DNA of 64,000 nucleotides from Bryobacterales bacterium (GTDB lineage Bacteria; Acidobacteriota; Terriglobia; Bryobacterales; UBA6623): NCBI GenBank assembly GCA_965247305.1, contig OZ252030.1, positions 3,847,699 to 3,911,698 of the forward strand, read 5' to 3'. Shown piece by piece: positions 9,245 to 17,312 of this stretch (position 1 is its first letter; each line of letters starts with the position of its first letter). The notes under the pieces were generated by a model. It saw only the letters and a program-made list of their open reading frames with translations, ran no database searches and was not told where the DNA came from. The position numbers and the translations under genes were made by a program.

Positions 9245-10342
9245 GTGTCCTGTCTCTAAAGTTCGATTACAAAAGCGGGCGAGGGAAGCGAAGATTTGGT
9301 CGGCGGTTTTGGACCAGACGAACGGCTTGGAGTCGGCGTTGCTGAGTTGGATGTAATCCTCGATGGCGCGTTCCAACTCCGCTGTGCTGCGATGTACGCC
9401 GCGGCGAATCTGCTTCTGGGTCAGAGTGGCGAACCAACGCTCGACAAGGTTGATCCAAGACGCGCTGGTCGGCGTGAAGTGCAGATGGTAGCGCGGCCGT
9501 TTGGCCAGCCAACGCTGAATAATCTGGGTCTTGTGGGTTCCGTAGTTGTCGAGGATCAAGTGGATCTCGAGCGAGTCGGGGACCGCCTGGTCGATGGTGT
9601 CGAGAAACTTGCGAAACTCGACCGCGCGATGACGGCGATGACACTCGCCGATCACATGGCCGGTCTTGACATCCAACGCGGCAAACAGCGAGGTCGTCCC
9701 GTGGCGCTTGTAGTCGTGCGTGCGGCGCTCGATTTGTCCGGGACGCAGCGGCAGCAGCGGCTGCGTGCGGTCCAGGGCTTGGATCTGAGACTTCTCGTCA
9801 ACCGACAGCACCAACGCCCGCTGGGGCGGGTTGAGATACAGACCGACGATGTCGCGCACCTTCTCGACGAACAACGGATCTTGCGAGAGCTTGAAAGTTT
9901 CGCTGCGATGGGGTTGCAGCGCGAAGGCCTTCCAGATGCGCTGCACGCTGGAGTGACTCAAGCCACAGGTCTTGGCCATCGAGCGTGTTGACCAATGCGT
10001 GGCGTCGGGGGGCGTCGATTCCAGAGTGAGCGTGATGACGCGTTCGACCTCGTCATCGCTGACGCGCCGCGGCGTGCCGGGACGCGGTTCGTCGAGCAGC
10101 CCGTCGAGGCCTTTGTCGAGGAAGCGCTGGCGCCATTTGCCAACGGTACGGCGGGCCCAGCCGAGTTGGGCGGCGACGACGGTATTGTTGAGTCCGTCGG
10201 CGGCGAGCAGAATGGCCCTGGCGCGTTGGGCAAGAGCCTGCGCGGACTTGCGCCGTCGCGCCCAACTTTGCAGGCTCTCGCGCTCGGCCGGGTTGAGCTT
10301 GAGCGGTTTCAATTGAGGACCAGTTGTCGTCGTCTTCCCCAT
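9242..10342 (-). CDS. IS630-family transposase (HTH + DDE)
   Basis: 366 aa. The N-terminus has paired HTH regions. It has a [18 protein letters not shown] DDE_3 core. Homologous (about 50% identity) to the transposase at 27847..28962. Confidence 0.8.
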
Positions 10343-10400
10343 ATAGACATGGCGACAACAACCTGTTTAATGTTACGCGAACTTTAGATACAGGACACTA
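9243..10400 (-). mobile_element. IS630-family insertion sequence (copy 1)
   Basis: Perfect 12-bp terminal IRs: CTAGTGTCCTGT at 9242..9253 and ACAGGACACTAG at 10390..10401. Flanked by TA at 9243-44 and 10399-400. Single transposase ORF. Confidence 0.8.
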
Positions 10401-10447
10401 GTGCGATAAGCACGAACCGCGGGGTCAGTCTAGCCAGAGCGTTCGCA

Positions 10448-13186
10448 ATGACCATAAAAGAACCGCTCCAGCACCGCGAACTGTTCCAACGAGTCGCCCA
10501 GATGCCAGAAGCCGAACGGCGGACGTTGATCGTAGGCTACCGGAGAGCAGGCCAGCGCCGGGGGGTCGTGCATGCAATCAGCCAACTGCCTCGCGCGCAG
10601 GGCCGTACCTTGATGCGTGATCTGGTCAATAAGGAAGATGGCAAGCGTGATAAGAACGGACTCAAAGATGTCATGCTGTGGCTCCGAGATGCGGGTGCTG
10701 AAATCGACCGACTCAAGAAAGAAAGCACCGCAGCCCGTGACGACAACGGTACCGACTCGGCGGTTGTTGAGTTCTTTGAGGATGTCGCTGACGCCATCTC
10801 GGAGGCCGTCACCGCCGTCGTCGACGCCGTTGTCGACGCCGTCGGGACGCTGGCCAATGCCATTGCGGACGTGGTGAGCTGGGTTGCCGAAGAAATTGCG
10901 AACCTGGTTCACGCGCTCATCGAGGCCGGCAAGACGATCGGTGAGCTCCTCGTGGCCGCCCTCGAGACGGGATACCAGCTTGTCAAGAAAATCGTGAACG
11001 CCCTCGAGGAAATCGGGAAGGCGCTGTTCGATGTGCTCGAGGCTGCGTTCACGCTCGCCAAAGATTCACTTATAACCGTTCTCAAGGCAGTCGACCAGCT
11101 TGGCCGAACGCTGGGAGAATTGGTCTCATGGTTGGCGACCAAGACGTTTTCCATAATCAAGAAGGGCGTAGAAGCGCTGCTCGAAATAGGGAAGTCAGTC
11201 ATCAACCTCCTGGGAAAGGCGCTGGAGTTTGGCGCGACACTCGTTTTCAACACGGTCAAGGCCATGATCGAGATCGGCAAGACGGTGCTTGAAATCCTCG
11301 CGGTCGCCGTCACGCGTCCGGGTGACTTGCTAGACGCCGTCGTCGATTCCCTGGGCAGCCTTGGCAATACGCTTGGCGAGCTTTTCGACGAGGTCGTTGA
11401 TGCCGGGGCCGACTTCCTAAACGAGGTCGCCAAGGCCGCCGCCAACATCGGAACGGCGCTCGTCGAATTCACTGTCTACATCGCACAGTCTGCGGTGGAG
11501 ATTGCGACCGAAGTCATTCGCGGACTGGTTGCTGCGGGCAAAACGATTGCCGAGCTCGTCATCTCAATGGCCCAGCACACGGTCGCGGCGGTCAAAAAGG
11601 TTGTTGAAGCCGCCTTCGCAATCGGGGTGACCCTGGTCGGGCTGCTCCGCGACGTCGTGAACCTCGCTGTCGACCTGCTGCAAGAGGTCGTCAAAGCCGC
11701 TTTCGAGCTCGGCAAGACGGTGGTGGAGTTCACGGCCTCCCTCATTGAGTTCACCTACAAGACCGCAGCGCGCTTCATCGAGGCCGCACTCGAGATCGGC
11801 GTAACCGTGATTGAAATGATCGAGACCGTTGTCGAGAAAGGGTACTATGTCTTCCGAAAAATCGTAAACGGCGTCCTGCAGGCGCTGGGGCCGGTGGGTG
11901 ACATCTTCGAATGGCTTCTCGATCGTGCCGAGGATCTCGCGTCGGGCCTGTGGAGACAAACGGTGCTGGCCATCCGATACGTCAAGAAAAGCGTCACCGA
12001 GGCGCTCGACTGGGCCCTGGCGCAGGGTGCCGAGTTCTTCGACGCCATGCTCGCAATCGTCGAGGATATCGGCGAGACCATTTCAGAGGTGATCGAGTGG
12101 GCTCAGGCCGTCGGCGATGCTGCGCTGAAAGCGCTTGGCGAAGCAACCGTTCGCGTCGGCAACTCGGTCAGCTACGTGCTGTCATACCTGGAGGATGACT
12201 TCCTGCCCGGTATCCAGAAAGTGGTTGAGGGCGTTCTCGACGCAGGCTTTGCTGTCGCTGGACTCGTCACCTGGATGGCTGACCGTGCCTTTGAAACGGT
12301 CAAGGAAGTCGTCATTGCGGCGCTGGACTTCGGTGTCACGATTGGGACATTGCTGACAGAAACGATCAAACATCCGGGTCAGGCACTCGACAACCTGCTG
12401 CGTGCCATCGACGAAGCGGGCCAGACCCTTGGAGACCTCTACGAGGCCGTGATCGTCGAGACCGGCGAAGAGTTTGTTGAGGAGGTCACGATCGCACTCA
12501 ATCGACTTGGGAGAGCCGCCGGAGACATCCTCGATGGTGTTGCCGAGGCGGCCATGGGCGCCGTCGGCACCGTGATCGGAATCCTCGTTCGTCTGCTGGG
12601 CACCTACCGTCCGCTGAACGGCGACGAGCGCGCCGATGCCCAGATCGTGTACGGCAATTCCATCGACCTAGACACGGTCGGTATTGCAGTGGAAGACCCG
12701 CTGAACTCGATTATCTTCGGCGTCCAAGACTGGGTCAGCGGCAATCCCGACTCGCGCGCCTTCGTGACCAACACGTTGATCAACTTCGATGTCGACGACG
12801 GCATCACGCGGCACACGCTCATCCACGAACTGTGCCATGTCTGGCAGTTTAAGACAGATGGACCCGAGTACCTGTTGCAGGCCGTCAATGCTCAAATCAC
12901 CGGTGCGGGTTACAACTACGGGTATGACGAAACTCTCCCAGACATTGTCCTCACGATCGACTTTGCCGGAAACACTGACACAATAAACCAGGGTCGCGTA
13001 ACCGGGGAGGCAGGTCAGGATGACCTGAATGCCGCCGCCGGCAATTTCGATGCATTCAACCGTGAACAGCAAGGTCAGATAGCTATGCATTATTTCACCC
13101 GCCGAGTTCTGCTGGGGCAGGCCGCCACCCCCGCTGGCTACGCACCCTGGCAACCGTACATCGACGTGATCCAGGCGGCGGCATAA
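10448..13186 (+). CDS. large alpha-helical tandem-repeat protein with C-terminal HExxH (DUF4157-like) putative zincin domain
   Basis: 912 aa from the first ATG after the IS. The native gene probably starts at 9124. Residues roughly 110-710 form about 21 units of a roughly 19-aa repeat (A-L-x-E-I-G-K-T-V-x-E-L-V..). The C-terminal roughly 200 aa carry PLNGDERADAQIVYGNSIDLDTV...HTLIHELCHVWQF. Confidence 0.7.
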   Translation: MTIKEPLQHRELFQRVAQMPEAERRTLIVGYRRAGQRRGVVHAISQLPRAQGRTLMRDLVNKEDGKRDKNGLKDVMLWLRDAGAEIDRLKKESTAARDDNGTDSAVVEFFEDVADAISEAVTAVVDAVVDAVGTLANAIADVVSWVAEEIANLVHALIEAGKTIGELLVAALETGYQLVKKIVNALEEIGKALFDVLEAAFTLAKDSLITVLKAVDQLGRTLGELVSWLATKTFSIIKKGVEALLEIGKSVINLLGKALEFGATLVFNTVKAMIEIGKTVLEILAVAVTRPGDLLDAVVDSLGSLGNTLGELFDEVVDAGADFLNEVAKAAANIGTALVEFTVYIAQSAVEIATEVIRGLVAAGKTIAELVISMAQHTVAAVKKVVEAAFAIGVTLVGLLRDVVNLAVDLLQEVVKAAFELGKTVVEFTASLIEFTYKTAARFIEAALEIGVTVIEMIETVVEKGYYVFRKIVNGVLQALGPVGDIFEWLLDRAEDLASGLWRQTVLAIRYVKKSVTEALDWALAQGAEFFDAMLAIVEDIGETISEVIEWAQAVGDAALKALGEATVRVGNSVSYVLSYLEDDFLPGIQKVVEGVLDAGFAVAGLVTWMADRAFETVKEVVIAALDFGVTIGTLLTETIKHPGQALDNLLRAIDEAGQTLGDLYEAVIVETGEEFVEEVTIALNRLGRAAGDILDGVAEAAMGAVGTVIGILVRLLGTYRPLNGDERADAQIVYGNSIDLDTVGIAVEDPLNSIIFGVQDWVSGNPDSRAFVTNTLINFDVDDGITRHTLIHELCHVWQFKTDGPEYLLQAVNAQITGAGYNYGYDETLPDIVLTIDFAGNTDTINQGRVTGEAGQDDLNAAAGNFDAFNREQQGQIAMHYFTRRVLLGQAATPAGYAPWQPYIDVIQAAA

Positions 13187-13191
13187 AGGGC

Positions 13192-14118
13192 GTGCCAGGC
13201 GGGGAAAGAGTCACCGTAGTAGCGCGCGAGGCTGCACTGATCCAGCTTCGCCCACTGCTCAAAGAGTACTTGAAGGCTGGGTACGCGGTGGAGAAGGTAT
13301 CGAGCGCCTCTGGCCTCGTCGACCGGGTGACCCTGAAAGGGCTGGCTGAAGAGTCAGCCGCGATCCTCATCGTCGGTAATCGCCGACGAGCGCCACGCAC
13401 GGTGGTGGACGGTCCAGTGATTCGCAGAAAGGACGGAAGCGCCATCCCCGTTGGCTGGCTTCCCGATACGGGAGAACACGCCCTTACCCGGTTTGCAGAG
13501 CGAGCCGCCGAAGTGCACAAACGAAGCGATAAAGAACGTCCGGTGGCCGTCCTCGGCCAGTGGCAAAGGCAGTACATCCATCTGGCAGGGCGAATTGAAC
13601 GGCTCCTAAAGGATCAGAACCAGGTTGTTGTGGCGTGGACAAGTGATCTTGTCTTCCGCGAGGAGATGATTGAGGGCCTCCAGGCCGGGCTATCAGCTGC
13701 CATTTATGTCGGTCACGGACGTTCGATTGGCTGGGTGGGATACCGGAGGCTCCGTGGTCATCACTTTGAGCCGGAACGTGGCGAGCCGATGGGCGCGCTC
13801 TTCTCACTTTGCTGTAGGACCGCCAGCCGACGTAGAACCGGCCTGTCATTTGCTGAGGCCGTTCCTCTCTCGGGATTGGCCGCCGCTTCGTTCGGTGCCG
13901 TGACAGACACCCTCCATGTCGACAACACGCGCTGGGCGTTGGGGCTGTGCAGAAAGCTCGCCGACGGGCCTACCTCCATCGGCCAACTCGTCGTCGATGC
14001 GTTGCCACTCCATGATCGAGCCATCGATGCCTACCGCATCCTCGGTGATCCGTTGGCACCTTTGCGTGGGGCAACCGGATCGAGCGATCTGGCAAAATCA
14101 GTTCCGGTCTACCCGTGA
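13192..14118 (+). CDS. CHAT/caspase-like (clan CD) cysteine peptidase-like protein
   Basis: 308 aa, 6 nt downstream of the repeat-protein gene. The His-Gly ... Cys spacing AIYVGHGRSIGW...ALFSLCCRTA (about 45 aa apart) matches the caspase-fold His/Cys dyad. Confidence 0.55.
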   Translation: MPGGERVTVVAREAALIQLRPLLKEYLKAGYAVEKVSSASGLVDRVTLKGLAEESAAILIVGNRRRAPRTVVDGPVIRRKDGSAIPVGWLPDTGEHALTRFAERAAEVHKRSDKERPVAVLGQWQRQYIHLAGRIERLLKDQNQVVVAWTSDLVFREEMIEGLQAGLSAAIYVGHGRSIGWVGYRRLRGHHFEPERGEPMGALFSLCCRTASRRRTGLSFAEAVPLSGLAAASFGAVTDTLHVDNTRWALGLCRKLADGPTSIGQLVVDALPLHDRAIDAYRILGDPLAPLRGATGSSDLAKSVPVYP

Positions 14119-14239
14119 GGACTCAATGGGGGCGTTGGGGGGGCGTTTGGTGCCAGGCGAGTTGTGCGTGTCAAGTTCTGCAAAAACGAATCGAAGCGAT
14201 CAGGGACAGAAGCGATCAGGGACAGGGGTAAATCCTAGC

Positions 14240-14643
14240 ATGGCATGCACCCCTAAGCTGAGACAGCGTAAAAATGGGACAGTTGCCGTTCGCTGAAAAA
14301 GTATAGCCTTTTTCGCGAACGTGCCGCACACTTGAAAACGGCCGGGAAAGCGGAGGCGGGCAATGCTGAAGAGCAACCCGCCGAGAAATACCCGGCTGGA
14401 AACTCAGCGAGACGATGAGCGCTCGGGGCGGGACATTCTCCCGTCCCGAGTGCGACCACTGTCTCGATAGATTTCCTCATGCCTCAGAAAACTCAAACTG
14501 CGGGTTTCTGAGCTCTTCGCCCGGCGGCAACAACTGCTCGAACTCCGCCGGAGGCCGATAGCCCAGCGCCGAATGCAGCCGCTTCTGGTTGTACACCGCG
14601 TCGATAAATTCCGGAGCAATCGCGGACAGGCACGAAATTACTA
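14240..14643 (-). mobile_element. partial IS3 right end (orfB 3' tail + IRR) in tandem with IS3 copy B
   Basis: It repeats the last roughly 45 codons of orfB (..IDAVYNQKRLHSALGYRPPAEFEQLL..) and the IRR GGCATGCACCCCTAAGCTGAGACAG (14240..14264). It abuts the IRR of the full copy at 14644. Confidence 0.75.
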
Positions 14644-14960
14644 TGGCATGCACCCCTAAGCTGAGACAGCTTAAAAATGGGACAGTTGCCGTTCGCTGAA
14701 AAAGTATAGCCTTTTCGGCGAACGTGCCGCACACTTGAAAACGGCCGGGAAAGCGGAGGCGGGCAATGCTGGAGAGCAACCCGCCAAGCAATACCCGGCT
14801 GGAAACTCAGCGAGACGATGAGCGCTCGGGGCGGGACATTCTCCCGTCCCGAGTGCGACCACTGTCTCGATAGATTTCCTCATGCCTCAGAAAACTCAAA
14901 CTGCGGATTTCTGAGCTCTTCGCTCGACGGCAACAACTGCTCGAACTCCTCCGGAGGCCG

Positions 14961-15638
14961 CTAGCCCAGCGCCGAATGCAGGCGCTTTTGGTTGTACACC
15001 GCGTCGATAAATTCCTCGATCGAAGCGCGCGCTTCGTCCATCGATTGATACGTCTGTAGGTTCACCTCCTCGCTTTTGAGCGTCTTCATAAAACTTTCCA
15101 TGCGCGCATTGTCGTACGGGTTTCCTCGCCGGCTCATCGAGATCAACGCGCCGTTTTCTTCCAGCAGACTGACATAAGCCCGCGAGGTATATTGCGTGCC
15201 TTGATCGGAATGATGCACCAGCCCCGGCTTCGGACAGCGAAACTCGATCGCTTTGCGCAGCGCGTTCACTGCCAATATGGCCTCGAGGGAAGGCCCCAAT
15301 TCCCAGCCCACCACGCGCCGGGAATACGAGTCCATCACGACCGCCAAGTAGACGAACGAACGGCGCATGCGCACGTAGCTGATGGCGGCCTGCCAGAGCT
15401 GATCGAGACCGTCGATCTGCAGGTTTTTGGCCCAGTTTGGGTAGATCGCGCGGTGCTGATCCGAGTCCGTCGTCAATACGTAGCGGCGCTTGCGTATCGC
15501 CAGCAGATTGTCGTTGCGCATCAGCCGCAAGACCTTCTTGTGGTTCACCGTAAAGCCCTGCCTACGCAGTTCGGCGGTCACTCGACGATAGCCGTAGCGG
15601 CGATTTGCGAGCGTAATGCGTTGCATACGGTCACGCAC
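14961..15638 (-). CDS. IS3 OrfB, C-terminally truncated by a nonsense codon
   Basis: TAT to TAG (Tyr to stop) after ...QKRLHSALG removes the last 27 residues that copy A retains. Confidence 0.8.
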   Translation of the reverse strand: MRDRMQRITLANRRYGYRRVTAELRRQGFTVNHKKVLRLMRNDNLLAIRKRRYVLTTDSDQHRAIYPNWAKNLQIDGLDQLWQAAISYVRMRRSFVYLAVVMDSYSRRVVGWELGPSLEAILAVNALRKAIEFRCPKPGLVHHSDQGTQYTSRAYVSLLEENGALISMSRRGNPYDNARMESFMKTLKSEEVNLQTYQSMDEARASIEEFIDAVYNQKRLHSALG

Positions 15639-15670
15639 TTCCAGGTTGGATTCGACAGGCTTGTCTCGCT

Positions 15671-16165
15671 CTAATTGCCGGTAATATCCGGCTCGGCTGA
15701 CTTCTCCGAGTGCACAGGCGCGCTCGACGCTGAGTCGGCCTTCAACGCGGGTTTCGTCGATGACGCTGTAGAGCCGCTCGCGTTGCGAGCGACTTGGTTC
15801 GGCATCGCCGGTTTTAAGGCGTTGAAGGCTCGTTCGAAAAAATCCAATTCCGCCGCTTGTTGACCGACTAGGCGTTCGAGTTCGGCAATGCGATCGGCGC
15901 TCGGATCGCTATCCAATTGCACAACCTCTTGTCCGGGACGCGGCCGCCCTTGACGCCGCTCAAGACCGCTGCGTCCCTCGGCGCGGTAGGTGTCGCGCCA
16001 GCGATACAACACGCTGCGCCGCACGTCCAACTCACCGCTCAATTTGACGACGTTCTCACCGCGAAGCATGCGGCTTACCGCCAATTCCTTGAACTCAACT
16101 TCATACGAGCGCTGCTTCCTCGCAACCCTATCTTTTCTCTCTCTCATCGGGGACTCCTTTTCCAT
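15671..16165 (-). CDS. IS3 OrfA (copy B)
   Basis: 164 aa, with 2 substitutions relative to 7344..7838. Confidence 0.85.
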   Translation of the reverse strand: MEKESPMRERKDRVARKQRSYEVEFKELAVSRMLRGENVVKLSGELDVRRSVLYRWRDTYRAEGRSGLERRQGRPRPGQEVVQLDSDPSADRIAELERLVGQQAAELDFFERAFNALKPAMPNQVARNASGSTASSTKPALKADSASSAPVHSEKSAEPDITGN

Positions 16166-16263
16166 TCACTGAAAATTGTCCCACTTTCATCTGTCTCAGT
16201 TTTGGGGTGCACTCCACTAAACCTTTATAGAGTCAGCGGCTTACAGCGATCTCAATGTTCATA

Positions 16264-16480
16264 AAATTGCGAGAATCACTCGCGCTACTGCCAGACCAGA
16301 ATCCGCCCAAACGCGTGTCCTCCCCATTTTACATTTCTAACCCCAACCAATTCAACAACATAGCAAACCCGCCAACTCAAGTCCTTGGACCGGCGTCGTA
16401 AACTGGACCTGGGGCAGCGGAACATGCAATCGGGAGGTGACAAGACTTCGCTAAAACCCTGCCAATTCCTACGACGCCGA
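16264..16480 (-). repeat. R2-family repeat, short diverged copy C (inverted)
   Basis: The reverse complement matches the R2 5' motif (..GGAATTGGCAGGGTTTTAGCG..) and the R2 3' end (..GCGTTTGGGCGGATTCTGG..CGCGAGTGATTCTCGCAATTTTA). The IS3 copy B end follows immediately. Confidence 0.55.
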
Positions 16481-16609
16481 ATTCGAGTGATAGCGAAATC
16501 TCTTGCCAGTCTTCGATGAATAAGATTGTTGGCGGATTGCTTTATTGCGTGGCCTTCGGGCCCGCCGCCAATCTTGAGACCTCTTCAATTCGCAAAGCGA
16601 ACGATACCG

Positions 16610-17308
16610 TCAGTCCGTCTCGGGGCCTTCGTAGCGGTAGCCGACTCCGTGGACCGTGCGTATGATTTGGGGGTTCTTGGTGTCGCGCTCTATCCTTTTG
16701 CGCAGTTGCGAGACGTGCTGATCGAGGGTGCGGCTGTTGGCGAGATGGGCTAGTCCCCAGCATTCGTTGAACAGGCTGTTTCGTTCGACGACGCGCCCGC
16801 GCATACGATGCAGATAGGCGAGAATCTTGATGTCTCGCAGGCTGAGGTCAATGACCTGTTGGCCGCGTCTTGCGCGCAACTCCGCTGGGATAATTTCGAG
16901 GTCGGCCATGCGGAAGGGCTCGGGCGCCTTCTCCCGAGGGGCCTGGCTATAACATCTGCGCGTGACCGCGCGTATGCGGGCAAGCACCTCACTGACGCCG
17001 AACGGCTTCAAGATGAAGTCGTCGGCGCCAAGTTCGAGCCCAACGACGCGGTCGACCTCTTCGGATTTGGCACTGATAAAAATGATCGGAGTAGTCGAGT
17101 CGTCACGGCGGATTTCGCGGCAGACCTGATAGCCGTCGACACCGGGCATCATGATATCGAGACAAATAAAGTCAGGCGAATCCCGGCGGTAAAGTTCGAG
17201 CGCTTCGACGCCGTCGGCGGCGGATAGGGTTTCGTAGCCCTCGCGTTCGAGCACGTCTTCGAGCCCGGCACGGATGTTGGCGTCGTCTTCGACTACGAGT
17301 ACGCGCAT
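16610..17308 (-). CDS. OmpR/PhoB-family response regulator
   Basis: REC domain (MRVLVVEDD..D..MMPGVDG..K) and a C-terminal winged-helix DNA-binding domain. Confidence 0.9.
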   Translation of the reverse strand: MRVLVVEDDANIRAGLEDVLEREGYETLSAADGVEALELYRRDSPDFICLDIMMPGVDGYQVCREIRRDDSTTPIIFISAKSEEVDRVVGLELGADDFILKPFGVSEVLARIRAVTRRCYSQAPREKAPEPFRMADLEIIPAELRARRGQQVIDLSLRDIKILAYLHRMRGRVVERNSLFNECWGLAHLANSRTLDQHVSQLRKRIERDTKNPQIIRTVHGVGYRYEGPETD

Positions 17309-17312
17309 CGCT

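Larger units (their letters stand above)
14644..16261 (-). mobile_element. IS3-family insertion sequence, copy B (inverted relative to copy A)
   Basis: OrfA (15671..16165) and OrfB (14961..15638) are over 98% identical to copy A. The IRR is at 14644..14668. The outer end GATCTCAATGTTCA (16248..16261) is the complement of copy A's TGAACATTGAGATC. Confidence 0.85.

Noticed and set aside
8995-9345. ORF 8995..9345(+) as an independent 116-aa gene
   Set aside because: Its in-frame ATG at 9124 with a good RBS, and its phase match across the IS630 target site, indicate it is the severed 5' end of the large repeat-protein gene. The 3' part runs into the IS and is not native coding sequence.
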